From a virus (lineage: Duplodnaviria; Caudoviricetes): DNA of 64,000 nucleotides. A program made the position numbers and the translations under genes. This document shows, in pieces, positions 28,728 through 43,600 of this stretch (position 1 is the stretch's first letter; every line of letters begins with the position of its first letter). Below the pieces are notes generated by a model, which did not search any database, had not been told where the DNA came from, and saw nothing but the letters and a program-made list of their open reading frames with translations. The stretch is taken from IMG/VR virus record IMGVR_UViG_3300022917_000008, positions 91,658 through 155,657 of that record; one strand, given 5' to 3'.

Positions 28728-31601
28728 ATGCCTTCATTTTTAGAAAGAGAGCAACTATTACCAGTAGCACCTTCAATAGCTCCTGCAGACCAAGTGCTTG
28801 GTGCCTTTGGCACTAGGCAGTCCTTATTTGGTATAGGGGCTTCTCAACTTAAGAGTGCATACAACAGTTATAGCACTATGCCTCTTACCAACCAACAGAA
28901 CCAAATGCAGTTGGATGGACTGCTTAAGGAAGCAGGCACAAACATAAAGAAAGCCTCAGTTAGTGACCTTAGTGTTGGTGATAATCAATCAGCTGCTATG
29001 AGTGCCTTTGATCCCATTATAAAGGACCCAGATATAATGGCTGATGCTGCTTTAACTAAGGGATGGAATGCTGGTAGGAGCAGAGCAGATGCTGATAGAA
29101 TAAGTAGTGGAGGAAAGAGATTCAACTCTGCTTCCCTTGATGCTATCAACTATCAACAGCAGCTGTATGCCAAGTCCAGCAAGGATTCATGGAGAGCCTT
29201 CTATAACAATAGGGAATCTTACAGTCCTTACTATGACACCACAGATGAGATGGGCAAACTACAGAAGATGTTCAAGACTGATGTCATTGAGAAGGACCAA
29301 CAGAATGGAGCCTATATCACTACAACTAAGGACTCATCTTGGTACAAAGACAAGTGGCAACAGTTTGTAGAGGCTAATGCCTCACCACAATTGAAGGCAC
29401 AGATTAGTACTCAATCCAGAGCTGAATACTATAGGGACATGCTGACTATGCCTAAGGATGCTATCATAGCCAAATACACTGGTCTAAGGAATGAATTACT
29501 GAAGAAACAGATGAGAGTAGATGCACAGAACATGATGAACATAGGTGCATCACTTGCTATGTTTCATGATAGTAAAGATAACTCTCCTCTTAGATCACAG
29601 CTACTTGCACAAGCCTCATATCTGAATGATCAATATAGTAAGAAGAAGCAGGCCTTTGATAGTCCTCTTGAAGGAGCAGATGCACTTGGTGATGTTAACA
29701 ATCTTGCAATAGGTTCTAGGATTGCAGAAGGTCTTGGGCAGCATTCCTACTTTGATAAGGTAGGTGATGCCTTTGCTCACAAAGAAGAAAAGATCAGTAT
29801 CAAACCTGACTATGCTTACCTGTCTCTGAAGAAGCTACAAGAACAATCCAGGGAATTTGGCATCAGGCAAAGTGAGATTGGTAGACACAATAGAGCACTT
29901 GAACAGCATGCTTCTAACATGGAGCAGATTGACCTAATTAAAGCTCAGGCTGCTATTATGAGAGCTAAAGGTAGTGGTAAGAAGGGTATAGGTGATGATG
30001 AAGAAGACAACAATCCTTCTAATAGTACAAGTACTGGATTACAGAACACTAACAGTGTTAGCCCGGCTGGCAATAGTGAGAAGGCACAAACACAAGGACA
30101 GTCAATTCTGGATCACCTAGGAAACACACAGAAGCAGTACAATGATGTATATGATAATGTGTCTAGTGCTGTATTCTCCCCTCAGTTGATGAATAGCATA
30201 AGTGGCCTAGCAAATGATCCATCAAAAGCTGGCCTCAAACTAACAGATGTACCTGATCCCACTACAGCCACAGATGGTACAGGTGGTAATAGATCAAGAC
30301 TACTAAAATTCATAGTAGCTGCAGGAGCACTTGATCAGGATGCAGGTGGACAGATACTAGGTAATCTAACTGGGGACAAGTATGATCCTGAGACTGCTGC
30401 TAAAGATTTGACTGTGGCAGATGCAAGACAATTACTTAGGACAATATTCTCTGATCCCAAGATGTTACAGAAGGGCATAGCAGCTATTAAGGGTAATGAT
30501 CCCTCAATAAACTCCTATGCAATAGCAGCTGAGATTGAAAAGAGAAAACAAAGGATAGATGGAGAGCATACTGACATTATTAGTCAGGCTATTCCATTAG
30601 TCAAGACTAACCTGGAAAGGTACAGTTCACTATTTGAGTCTGACTTCTTCTCTAAGGGCAAAATACCTACTAAGGATGAAGTAAGAAAGATCATGCAGAC
30701 TGTCCCACTAAGTGTACTAAAGGATCAAACACCTAATCCAGGAGTATTCAAGTCCCCACAGTTCAAGTCTCAGGAAGACTATTACAGGGACCTTGCTACT
30801 GATAATGTGATGAAGACTATCCTTGGTACATTGGGTAACAATAGGACTGCTTACAATACACAATACCAGGATTATTTCCCTGCTAAGGGTAATGCCCAGG
30901 CAGATAATGCTTTCAAGAATAACCTGCAGACCCTGATTGAAGGAGCACAAACTCAAACTAAGGGATTACCTAGTGGAGTGTTAAGTACCCTAGACTATGC
31001 TAGGCATCACCCAAGTGCAGTAGAGTATGTAAGAATGAATTCAGTAGATGAAGCCCATGACACTCCCTGGATGCAGATTTATTTCAAGACTCCATCTAGT
31101 GCAGCTGAAAGAGCACTTGTGCCTGAATCTGGGATTGGTATTCCCACTACTAATGCTAATGACAAGTTTAGACAGGTACCACTAGATGACAGGACCACCC
31201 TGCTGAATAACAAGGCATTGAAGTTCCAAGTTACCTACAATGATGGAAAGAAGTCTAACCTATCCATCTATAATAGCAGTGGAGACAAGTCTAATCCAAT
31301 GTTTGATATTAACCCTGATTTCTCTTACCAAACACTAGACATAGACAGGAGAACAGGTGACATCAAAGGTATAGTTACTGTACACAAGGCAGATGAGGTT
31401 AACAACTTGACACAAGGTAGACCTCAGTTGTTCTCACAGGCAATAGGCCTTGACCCAACTCAGGTATACAACACACTTGCTAACAAACTAATAAAGAATA
31501 GAGATGCAGTTGATGAGTATATGAAGGCTAATGGTAGGATCAAGAACATCAATGACCTACCAGAATACATAAAGACTGCTCTCAAAAACAATTCATTCTA
31601 A
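28728..31601 (+). CDS. Large cargo / RNAP-associated virion protein
   Basis: 957 aa, helical N-terminus (DLSVGDNQSAAMSAFDPI, YSPYYD), TAATG-coupled to the RNA polymerase gene. Confidence 0.6.
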   Translation: MPSFLEREQLLPVAPSIAPADQVLGAFGTRQSLFGIGASQLKSAYNSYSTMPLTNQQNQMQLDGLLKEAGTNIKKASVSDLSVGDNQSAAMSAFDPIIKDPDIMADAALTKGWNAGRSRADADRISSGGKRFNSASLDAINYQQQLYAKSSKDSWRAFYNNRESYSPYYDTTDEMGKLQKMFKTDVIEKDQQNGAYITTTKDSSWYKDKWQQFVEANASPQLKAQISTQSRAEYYRDMLTMPKDAIIAKYTGLRNELLKKQMRVDAQNMMNIGASLAMFHDSKDNSPLRSQLLAQASYLNDQYSKKKQAFDSPLEGADALGDVNNLAIGSRIAEGLGQHSYFDKVGDAFAHKEEKISIKPDYAYLSLKKLQEQSREFGIRQSEIGRHNRALEQHASNMEQIDLIKAQAAIMRAKGSGKKGIGDDEEDNNPSNSTSTGLQNTNSVSPAGNSEKAQTQGQSILDHLGNTQKQYNDVYDNVSSAVFSPQLMNSISGLANDPSKAGLKLTDVPDPTTATDGTGGNRSRLLKFIVAAGALDQDAGGQILGNLTGDKYDPETAAKDLTVADARQLLRTIFSDPKMLQKGIAAIKGNDPSINSYAIAAEIEKRKQRIDGEHTDIISQAIPLVKTNLERYSSLFESDFFSKGKIPTKDEVRKIMQTVPLSVLKDQTPNPGVFKSPQFKSQEDYYRDLATDNVMKTILGTLGNNRTAYNTQYQDYFPAKGNAQADNAFKNNLQTLIEGAQTQTKGLPSGVLSTLDYARHHPSAVEYVRMNSVDEAHDTPWMQIYFKTPSSAAERALVPESGIGIPTTNANDKFRQVPLDDRTTLLNNKALKFQVTYNDGKKSNLSIYNSSGDKSNPMFDINPDFSYQTLDIDRRTGDIKGIVTVHKADEVNNLTQGRPQLFSQAIGLDPTQVYNTLANKLIKNRDAVDEYMKANGRIKNINDLPEYIKTALKNNSF

Positions 31602-34600
31602 TGCCAGATTTCTCTTATCTTGATGCTTCAGGAATTGGACAGATAGAAACTCCAACTCAACAACCTAATACATTGCAGGTTGAGGCCCCCCATATTGGTT
31701 ATGGTCCTGCCAAACCTACTCTGGACTTTGGTAACATATGGAAGGAAGGTGCACCAGATACTGGTACTACTCCTCTTTTCAATGATACACTGGACATGAG
31801 CAAGTTCAAAGGAAAGACTCCTCCTAGATCATTTGATGCTGATAGGTTAATACCCTATAAGCAATCAGGTGCCTATAAGGATTTGGGGTACAATCCTGGT
31901 ATGCCTGAGGATAAGATTCAAGCTCAATACGACTATGATCAGTCTAATTGGGAGGCAATGAAGTCTTCCGTTAGTGACTTCTTCCATATCACTGGACAAT
32001 CATTCACTAACTACTTCAAGACTTATGGGGATAGCATTAAGTGGCTGACTAACAGGAACCAGGAAGGCATCATGTATAATGACCTGATCCCACAAGTGGA
32101 AGCAGATAACGAGGCACAAAGGTCCAACCTAAGGTTCAAGGGAGATGTGCCAACACACTGGTACAACTATATTCCATTCCCAGGATTACTGAAGGGGGAT
32201 GTGGCTGAGGAACTATTACCTCAGTTAGGATTTACTGTAGGTACAGGAGCAGCAGCTATCATTGAGAACCTTGGTGTATCCCTGATGACTGCAGGTACAG
32301 GTGAGGCAGCAGAGATTCCCAATACAGCCACAAAAATGTACAAGCTGATCTCAGAGTTCAATACCTTAGCTAGGGGAACACAACTTGTTAAGAGTGGTGT
32401 TTCTGGCACTGTAGAGGGCCTAAGAGCAGGTTTAGATATGTGGAGGCTTACAAATGCTACACTTTCAGAAACAAGCCTAGAAGCAGCTACAAACCTTGTA
32501 CAACACAAGCAGAAACTAATCCAGGATTACATAGACAAGAATGGTCATGCTCCACTAGAAGGTAGTGATGACATGAAGAAAATAGAAAACTCTGCCCATG
32601 ATGTAGCTAGAGAGACTATGTGGGGGGAGTTCCCCGTCTTATTTGCAAGTAACTGGATACAATACAGGAACCTGCTTGCTCCCAATCTAGCTAAGAAATT
32701 GGCTGAGAATGAGGTGATGAAGGGTATGAAGATTGTCAATACTGCTGAGAATGGAATCACATCACAATTTGCTGTTTCAGAAGCTGCAAAGGCCACTCTT
32801 GGACAAAGGGTAGCAGGTGGAGCATCTCATTTCCTTAAGAATGCAGTGACAGAAGGTCTGGAGGAAAGTGGACAGAGATTAGTAAGTACTGCTGCATCTG
32901 ACTATGAGGAAAAGCTGTACCAAGGTAAGGAGCATTCAATGGCCAATAGTATCTTCCAGGTAGGTGTACCTGACATACTGAGTGATAGTGGACTACAGGA
33001 GTTCATGGGTGGATTTGTAACTGGTGGACTATTCCATGCATTTGGTATGGCTGGTAACAAGCTAGCCACACTCAAGGGTGTATTCAATGAAGATGGCACA
33101 CTAAGTGGAAAGGGAAATCTGTTAACAAGGATGGGCTTTGGTACTGAAGAAATAGCTAGGGCCAAAGTAAAGGGCCAATTACAGTCTGTAGCTAATCTAC
33201 TTAATACCGAGGACCTGAAGGATATATTCAAGGAAGAAGGTCTGGCCAATTTCATAAAGGCTACACAGACCTCACAAGCTATGAATGCAGCCCTATTTGA
33301 GAATGACCTATTCAATGTAGGCAATCTCAAATCTAATGCCCTAGTTAGGTTCCTATATACAGGAATGGAGACTGGTAAGCTTGACCTAAGGCTTGCTCAG
33401 TTGGATGCATTTAGAGGGCTATCACAAGAGGAGCTGAACAAGTTCCTTGATATAGACACAGGTGCACTGGACAAGAACACCACTGGAGCTGTCATAGATC
33501 ATATCATTGAGAAAGCCGGACAAGTAGAAGAAATATTTGATGAAGAGAAGGATAGGTTCAAGGACAAGGAGATAAGTGCAATCAAAGCCTTTAATACACA
33601 GAATACCTCTCATGAAGGACTAGAGCAAACACTAAGGACCAAGTATGGTATTGATCCTAATGAGAAGGATATAAGGGGACCATTGATACAAAAGCTGGCT
33701 GAAGACCCTGAGAATGAGGAATTGAAGACTGATCTTGCTAGTGCATATGATAGTAATATCAATAGGAACCTATCCTATATGAACCTTGTTGCAGTAAGAG
33801 AAGGTAGGAAAGCAGCTGTGTTTGCTGCAGCCCAAATGCAGATAGATTCAGATAGAAGTAAGGAAGCTATTGGGACTATGCAGGACTATGATCTTGCATA
33901 CTCAGACCTCAACAACACACTGAATCTCACTGAATTACAGCAACAGCAGAAGGAATTACAGGAGCAAGCTAAGGTATTCCAAGGTGTGGATAGCCAGAAG
34001 ATGTTAGAGATTGATGACAAACTGAGAAGGCTGGATAGAATCTTGCATCATCTTTCACTATTCTACAGGGAGAATATTGATGGTTCCCCTTATGGGCATG
34101 GTATGCCCATCAGTGAAGCTGACCACTATGATGAAGGTGCTAAAGCATTGGTGGCAGCAGGTGCTCTATATGACTATCTGCATGATGAACTTGATCCACA
34201 GAAGCTAAGAACTAAGGGCAAAGAGACAAGAATGCTTGCTATGATCCTTAGACTGGAGAAAAGAAATAGGGATAACCTATCGCTGTATAACAGACTGACT
34301 ACATCTGATCAAGGGTTTGATGAGTACAGCAAGCAAGAGACACAAAAGACAGCTGCTACAATTGGTAGATGGACTAATGAGTACCTGAAACAACATGCAG
34401 ATGAACCTGAGAGTGAACCTATACAACAACCTACTGAACAGGAAGAACAAGTGGTAGAGCATGTTGAGCCAGTACAACCTGTACAGACTCAACAACAACA
34501 GGACTTTGATGCAATCAAATCTAAGGTTGCAAAGGGAGAACCTTTGTCTGATGAGGAAAAACAATTCTTAGCACAGGGGGCCCTAGTTAATCCTGATATA

Positions 34601-37600
34601 GCTGAGTTCAGAGCTGCTTATCTTGCAAAACAACCCAAGCCCACACAACCAGCCGCTGCTGCCACACCTACAGCACCAACAACACAAACTGTATACACTA
34701 GTCCCAAGACTGAACAGGCTGGATATAGACCAGATGTAGATAAAGGACAGAAGCCTGATGAGGTTGCAGAGAAGAGTAGATTACAGGAACATAATGGTCA
34801 AGTGATTGGAAACCCCAATAGGACCATTGTCAATGAAGTGCCTAAGGCTGAATTTGATAAGATACAGCCTAAACTTGAAGGTGGTTACACTGAGTGGAAA
34901 CAAGGCTTCTTCAATCACATAGCACAGAATGACCTTGTAGATAGATTCCAGGGTAGACTTGCCATTGATGAAGCTGCAAACTATCCTAAAGGCACTGTAC
35001 AAAGAGACTTCCTTGAGAAGAATCCTGATAAGGCTGGACTTGTGCTGATGATCACAGACAAGGCTGGTAACACTAACTTCACTAGGGAATATGTCCCTAG
35101 GAAGAATGGTTCCATGAGAATAGTGCATTCAATGCCAAATTCTCCTGGTAAAGCTGCCCTGCTTACTAAGATGAAGGCTATGGGCATTACACACATTGAT
35201 GGGATACAGTTCTCTAATCTATCTCAGGGTATATTTGATGAGCTGGAAAACCCTAGACATACAGCTGAATTACTAGAGGGGATAAGTGCACAGGACTATC
35301 AATTCATCATAGCACAAGGAGCTTCTGGTGAAGACATCTACTATGACAATGGAATGGCAATGAAGAATGGTGGTCTTTACATTAAGACTGCAGGTTCTTA
35401 CATTAAGCTGTTACCTGAATATGCTGGTAATCTTGTAATAGGAACTGACTCAAATCCAGACGTGTATGGACTACTGGGTAGAAACTATGCTACCTATGAA
35501 GATGCTAAGACTATAGCTGAGTTCTTGCAAAAACTGTTCTACACTAATAAAGAGAAAGGTGGACTACAGTTCTCTATTGATAAGAATGGAGATCAGTACC
35601 AGGTTAATGCTAGTATCATGCAGGTGGGTGCACCTCTACAACTAACTCCAGTAGAGCTAGCAGGTACACTGAAAGGACAGAGGATCAACATTGACATGAA
35701 CTCTCTTGGTACTACCCTCAAGTTCTACCATGTAGAGCAAGGGAAGGTTGTGTCTACTGATGTAGATTACAATGAGTTCCTGAGAAACAATACACTGACT
35801 AACAAGAAGGCTTATGAGAACTCAGATGGTAGAAAGGTAATAAAGCCTGTAAATAGGTACCTGACACTGGCAGCTGATCTGCAACAAATGGCAGATACAC
35901 TTGAACCACAAGTAGCTCTAACCTTACCACAGGAAACACAGAACATTGTATCCAGGATTACTGACAACCAGAAGAAGGTACAAGGTAAGACTGATGATGG
36001 ACAGTTCTATATCATAGATGGGGAACAGTACAAGAGGGTAACCAATGTAATACCCAATGACTTTGATGGTGATACCACCCTATATGAGAATAGTAGAATA
36101 GCAGGTTCAACTGTAGATGGTATTGTGAGAGCCTTCTTTACAACTGGGGACATTACCAAACCTGAGAACATTAGCCAAGCAGCCTTTGATCATATCATAG
36201 ATGCTCTGGCTGACATCAAGAAGACCATTGAGAGTAGGGGAGAAATGTTCCTTACTAACAATCTTGTTATGTTTGATACTCAGCTAAAGATAGCTGGGGA
36301 GGTAGACATTCTCAGTGTTGATAGTAAAGGGCAGTTCAGAATCTATGACATTAAGACTGCCAAGGACTTTGGTAAGTATGACTCTTCCTACAAGGGTAAA
36401 TTAACAAAGAGACAACAACATACCAACCAACTCAGTGCATACCACAACCTATTCACTAGTCAGTATGGAGTATCCCCTATTTCTATGGGTATACTACCAT
36501 TCCAGATATCCTATGATAAAGCGGGCAACATACAAACAGCTGAGAAGCTTAAGGGTATACCTATCATATATGACCCAAACATCAACACCCTAGTTCCTAT
36601 CACTGGACAAAGGATTCAATCAACTGAGGAACAAAAGCCTGACACACTAGCACAACCTTCCACAAGAAGGAATAGAAAGAAGATTGATCCCAATGATGAA
36701 AGTGGATTCAAGGATACAGAAAGACTATTCAAGCAGAAAAGTGGCGTGCAGGAACCTACTGTTCCTATGCAGGAGGAAGCACAGTGGATCAATCAGAGAT
36801 TTGGTTCTGATGTTGCACAGTTATCTGATATTGTAGATGCAGGTGCATGGGCTACATGGACACAAGGCGGTATTACCTTACTTAAGGAAGCACCACAAGG
36901 GACTGGATACCATGAAGCATGGCACCATTTCTCACAACTGTACCTAACCCCAGAACAAAGGAAATCACTATATGATGAAGTTAGAGACAAGGCTAACCTG
37001 GCTAAGGCATCTGATAGGGAACTGGAAGAACATGTGGCTGAGGACTTTAGGCAATATGTTCTGTCAGGTGGGCAGAACATTCTTGGCACTAGTCCCAGAA
37101 GGAACACACTATTCAGAAGAATATTTGACTTCCTCAAGAAGTTCTTCCAGGACATTACTGGAAGAAGGGACTTGGACAGGCTCTACAGAGACCTTTACAG
37201 GGGCAATCTGAAGAGCTACAGGCCTGATATTGCCAATGCACAGTTTGGTAAGCTTAACTCCAAGATAACAGATGCTGAGGGTAATGAGCTACTAAATAAC
37301 CAGAAGTCTTACAGATTCATGAACCACATGGAGGCTGTAGCTGGACAAGTACTAGCTAATGCTAATGTGAGTGTTTCTCAATTCATGACTGGGGACAAGG
37401 AGCTATCAAGACAAAGAGCACTTGAACTGGGAAGGGAAATGAGGAAGCAACTAATCAATCAGTTCAATGACCTGGATGAAGAGTTGGCTGAATTTGAGGA
37501 TAAGTATCCTGGTCAGTCTTCTCCTCTATTTGAGACATGGCAGGACCTTGAAAAGATCATTGAGAACTTCCCTAGTGTATTCAGACAATTCTATGCACAG

Positions 37601-40600
37601 TCTGCCTACAATAGTGGAATACTATCTACTGCAGACCAAGATGCACTTGACATTGATATTGAAGAAGCTGAGAAGACTGAAGCATCATTTGGTGGTAAGC
37701 AATGGGATGTTACTGGTAATGAAGAGAGTGTACTGGATAGTGCTACAGCAGAAACTAAGGCACTTATCTGGTCATTATCAAGAGTACTGGTGGATAAAGA
37801 TGGGACCCCAGTTAGACAAGATGGTAAAGTCCAACTGTTTAGGAATGAGTTTGGGCTGAATGAGCCTGTAAACTTCATTAGAACTATCAATAACATTGGT
37901 AACTTACTGGAAGGTTCATTCTCCTATGAAGAGATGCTAGACAAGTTGAAGGATAGTGGTAACCAGAAAAGGTTCCCAGAGTTGGCATTGCTGGTAGAGA
38001 GATTACCTGACTATACACAGCCACTGAAGTATCCAGATGTGAAGATGCTCTCCTCATTCCTGAAGTCATTCTCAAAGACTTACGTACCTGTATACACACT
38101 TGTAAGACTGAGGGATGGTAACTTCTTATTCAGAGAAGAAACAAGAAGAAGCCAGGACATTATTGAGAGAGAATGGGCTAACAAATTTAGTACTACCTCC
38201 AAGGATAGTCCCCTTGTAAAGTCTGGTGTAATACAGTTTGATGCCAATGACAGACCCTTCATTGCACAGACAGCAGTCCTAGATTATGATCTTTCCTCAG
38301 TTGGGGGAAGAAAGAACTTCCTTGCATTACTGGGTGTGGATATCAATGCAAGAGCAGAAGGCACAAAGGATTACAATGATGCTGTCAATCCAGCTAAGCT
38401 TGGATATGTACTACAAAGCATCAGAACTAGATTGAAGGCAGGACAAAAGATAAGCAATCCTATTAGTGATCTTAGGAAGGAATACAGAACGCCTAATGGT
38501 GGTGCTATTAAGTCAGAGAAGAGTACTATCAATGACATCATAAAGCTAGAATCCAAGTACACAGACACTAATCCTTCAATGGCATTCAGGAATGCAGAAG
38601 GTAAAGTGCAGCATGGACTTAGTGAGAATAACTGGATAACCAATAACAACTACTGGTTAAGCAGAACAGATAACTATTCTCAAATAACTTCTAACCCAAA
38701 TACACAACACCTTAATATCGGTAACAATCCATACATTGCCCATTCTCTGTTCCTGAATAAGCTGTTTAATCTTGATCCTACTTCTCAATCTTATGGACAA
38801 AGAAGAAGGATCAATGGTTCTCCTGTTGTCTTAACACTAGGGAACTACAATGGCTATGAACAAGAGCAGGAAGAAGGCAAGAACAATAAGGGGGCTAGTA
38901 CTGCCAAACTTAGTCCTAAGGATAAGCTGATTATGGATGTGAACTCATTACTACTTGCAGGCGCAGTGGAGATAATGAGAACAGAGTCTTCATCCTCAGC
39001 CTTCTTTGTGAAGCTGAGTGACTATGCAGACCAGGAAGGCAGAGTGAAAGACTTGCCATTTACAGCACAAGAGATTGATGCTGATCCTAGGAACCCAGCT
39101 GTTATCAACTACTTCCTTGGAGCATTCCAAGATGAGATAGCCACCATTGCTAATAAGTTCAATAGTAACCTGCCTGACTACAAGAAGAATATAGGTAGGT
39201 TCACTATGTTTGATGGTATACTCAGCAAGGACACTAAGGATGCTATCCTTAAGGACATTAGTTCAGATAAGAAGCTATCCCCAGAGAAGAAACAAGACGG
39301 ACTTGATAATGTCTACAGAATATACCAGGCACAAGTAGCTAGAGAGATAGGAAACTTCCTTGAGAATGAGGTGAAGGACTTTGAGAATCTACTCAAGGAA
39401 CAAGGAGTAACTAAGGATGATATATCCAAGACTTTGACACAACCCACAGGGCAAAATCTGGGCATGCCTTCTATTACTACAGCCTTTGTAATCAATGACT
39501 TCATACTTAACTCAGAGTTTGCAAAGCTATTTGATGGTAATGTGGGGTTCTTCAAGGCTTATCACAAGAGAGCAAAGGGTAATACATCCACAGGTACAAG
39601 AGCCTTTACTGATGGATTCCTGAAGAGCTACTTGGACCAATCTAAGCAGAATACTCTGGCAGGAGCATTGGGTGATACCAGTGATGTGAACCTCAATGAA
39701 ACTAGGACCTTAGTGTTTAGAGATGACACTAGGGCCTCAGTTTATACCTCTGGCAGAGATGCTTTATACAGAAAAGCACTTAGAGCATTAGGACAGGAAG
39801 ATGATGCCACTAACAAGCTACTAGACAAGGCCTATGGCAACATGAATGTGGCTGATGGACAGGGGCAGGCCACCCTTGATTTCTATAGGGAAATGAGGAT
39901 GAGAGTGTCTAACTGGTCATATGCAGATGAGGTACAGTTTCAAAAAGAGGTGATATGGTTTAGGCAAGAATACAACTTATACAAGGATGATACGCAGAGG
40001 GCTAGAGATGAACAATTCCTAGAGACATTCAAGGATACTTCATCTACATTCCCTCCTATGAAGATGCAGTACAATGGTGCACTTAAGGAGAAGGGGGTGT
40101 TTGCTCCTATACTTGATAAGTTCTCTGTTGCTCCTCTGATCCCAAGAGTGATCAAGGGAACTGTATGGGAAAGTGTTAACCAACAACTATTGAAGGAAGG
40201 TATAGGATACACTAAGTTTGAGTCTGGTACTAAGAAGTACAAATGGACTCCAACTGAATTCTACGCTGCTACAGACAAGTACACAACAAGTCTTGCTGAA
40301 CAACCTGAGAAGTATAATGCTGCTACTCACCTTAGCGAAGGATTGAAGGAACAATTGAAGACTTCATCTGAACCTAAGGATGAAGCTACATGGGGTACAC
40401 AGATGAGGAAGCTATTCCTAGCCAACTTATTCAACTCAGGTATAGCACCTGATAAGTTCAAGCAAGTACTGAATAACTACGTTGATCTATTGAATAAGGT
40501 GGAGGATCAACAAAGAAAGAACTTGTACAAAGAATTTGGTATAACTGAGGACAACAACAACCTGGTGATCAGGGATGTAAAGAACTTTGTTAAGACACTA

Positions 40601-43600
40601 CAAAGACAAGTCAACAGTAGAGCACTCAATGATAACATCAAGAACTTCATTCAATATGATCAGGCTAGCAAGTCATTTGTATACCCACTAGAAGTCTCAT
40701 TGAATAAGGTGCAAGTTCAGGACCTTATAAGTGGTATGATATTCAATAGGTTAACAAGACTAAAGGTCAATGGAGACATGTTAATCCAAGTAGCCAGCAG
40801 TGGATTTGAGAATACTGGATTCCAGTACACCAATGCAACTGAGGAAGACAACCTGAAGTATGGATCAAATGGACTTCCATTCTACACACCTACTTTCAAT
40901 GCTGATGGTACACTTGGTACAACTAAGGCCATGAGAGTGAAGGTTGCTCTGATCAAGGAATGGGCTAAACTTCTCAATGCCACACACATGGATGGAGAGA
41001 AGATGGGCACAATAGAAAGATTGAATGAAGCACTAAGAGATGATAAGTGGAGAGATGAGAACAGAAGGAAGATCACTATGGTGGGATATAGGATTCCTAC
41101 ACAAGGTCCTAACTCTATGGAATTCATGGAGGTACATGAATTCCTTCCCCCAGTTGCTGGTTCTATAGTTATCCTACCTGCAGAGATAGTAGCTAAGGCA
41201 GGTTCTGACTATGACATTGACAAACTCCCAATCATAAGACCTTCCTTCACAGATGAAGGAGAATTAGCTGATGAAGCTCCTGAGATTTATGAGAAGAGAA
41301 TGGAGGAGATTAGAAAGAAGCTTGAAGGGCTATTCACAAAGGAGAAGGAGGTCAATTCAACAAGAACAAGCCATGACTACAATGATGTAAATAGGTTCAT
41401 GGACAAAGTTCTATATGGATATGATGCTGAGGAACTTGAACAAGAGATTGACTCACTGATCCTTGACAACGATGATATACAGGAACTATTAGGCAAGTAC
41501 CAAAGACTAGCTTCCAACAGGTATGGTTCCATTACTAACAAGGTTATAGACCTGTACAAGGATGTATTATCCAGTCCTGAGATGTTCAAACAATTGATAA
41601 CCCCTAACAATGTGGATATGATCAAGCCTGTAGCACAAGAAATTGCTAAGGCTACACATATGGCAGGGTTTGATAGTAAGGGGGACACACAAGAATTCTC
41701 CAACACTGATGTATTAAAGTACAGATCAAATCTTGTTAAGTTCCAACAGCTGCTTTCAGGTAAAAGGGATGTGGGTATATTTGCTAAGGCCAATACCAAT
41801 TCACAACTGTTACAGCAAAGTGGTATGGTACTAAACAAGAAGTATGTGCTGAAGGATAATACTGGGGATTATAACAGAGAACTAACCCTTACACTATTCT
41901 CTCCTGCAGAAAGGGAAACATTGGGAGCATCTAAGGCTAACAAGGAAGGTGAGATAACAGACATGATAGACTACTCATCTAATGTGGATATCAATGGTAT
42001 CTACAAGCAGGAGTACTTCTCACAGATGATCAATGGTACTGTTGACGTGGCTGGTGATCCATGGTACATGGGTCTACTACTGAATGACTATGTGAAGAGT
42101 GCCTATGTTCACATGATCAACTTGGGAGTACCTGCAAGAAGGGCCTTGTTCTTCTTGGCACATCCAGCTGTACAAAGACTAACTAAGGTACTAGCATCTA
42201 GTGATCCTACTGAGAAGTGGAGGATCATAGGTAGTGCACTTGGAATGGGTAATAAGGCAAAGAAGGGAGCTGTGCTGCAAGCAATAGAAAGTATTGATAC
42301 TGGTAAGAACTACCAGACTGGATTCTACTTCAGGGAAGAAGAATTGTTACAGCATATAAAGAATCCTAAGTCAGCTAAGGACTGGTATGATAGGCAAGTC
42401 ATTGCACACTTCCTTAAGTTGGATGAACAGGGTAGAATGCTAAGAGACCTGCAGACTATTACGTCCTTTGACACTACCAAGTACATATCTCCTATATCCA
42501 TACAGGCTAACCTTGACCTTAGGGAAAAGGTTAGAGCTAGTTCATTGTTTGATTGGGATGGTGTACAGAAGATCATGCAGCATTCAATGATCTCTGCTTT
42601 CAATAACCTGGACAAGAGTATAGAGATATTTGAGAGGTTGATGCCTATTGGTATGCACAGAGCAATCATTAGAGAGTCTGCTGATATAATGAGGAACTTC
42701 AGGGGGGATAACCTTGGACAATGGGTTAGACTGGAAAGAACCCTGAATAATGACTGGATTGAATTCATCATCAAGAACTTTGGTGAGATTGAAGGGTTCA
42801 ACTGGGAAGACTATGCCAGGGAACTGCTTATATTCAATGGTGGTAATGAAGTACTGGCAACCAAGTTAGTAGAGATGAAGAACAGGATGCCTCAGTTGAA
42901 TTACTATGAATCATTCAGAAGACTCTATAATGACTCCTCTGAAAGAAGTGCAGGTTGGAGAAACATTAAGCTGGAAAGAGGCTTAGACAATAGCTCTGAT
43001 TACCAGAATGTACTCATTGAAGAAATGACACAACTGTCTAATTTCCAAGGTAATGAGATAGCTGGAGCCACATTTACTCCTGAACAGGTACTTGAAGTAA
43101 GGGACTTCTTCAGAAATCTCTCTTACCTTGCATTTATGCAGTCTGGGTTCAATAAGAGTAGGCTATATTTCACTGACATCATTCCCACAGACAATCTTGT
43201 TCCTGGCTTTAGACAGGCTCTAAGTGCCTTTAATGAGTTCACAAAGCAACACCCTGAGACACTACGCCAAATAATTAAGGACTTTAGGTACAAGTTTAAG
43301 GAGCAAAACCCTAACTTTGTGATAGACAATGATGAAATGCCTCCGAGAGAAGCATGGAGAGGTAAGCTATACAGGATATTTGGGGATGACTCAGGTCAAC
43401 AACAACCAACTGGGGAAACTGATCCTGGTGGACCTGTGCAAGAACAGGGAGTTAATCCAGAACCTGATGGCTATGTTCCCTCCATTGATAGCCTGATGGG
43501 AAATATTCCTTCAGGTGACAGTACAAAGGACCAACTAATAGCTCAGGCATTACAACATGCTGGGGATATAAAGGGGATATACAAAATGTCCTTCAATAAG

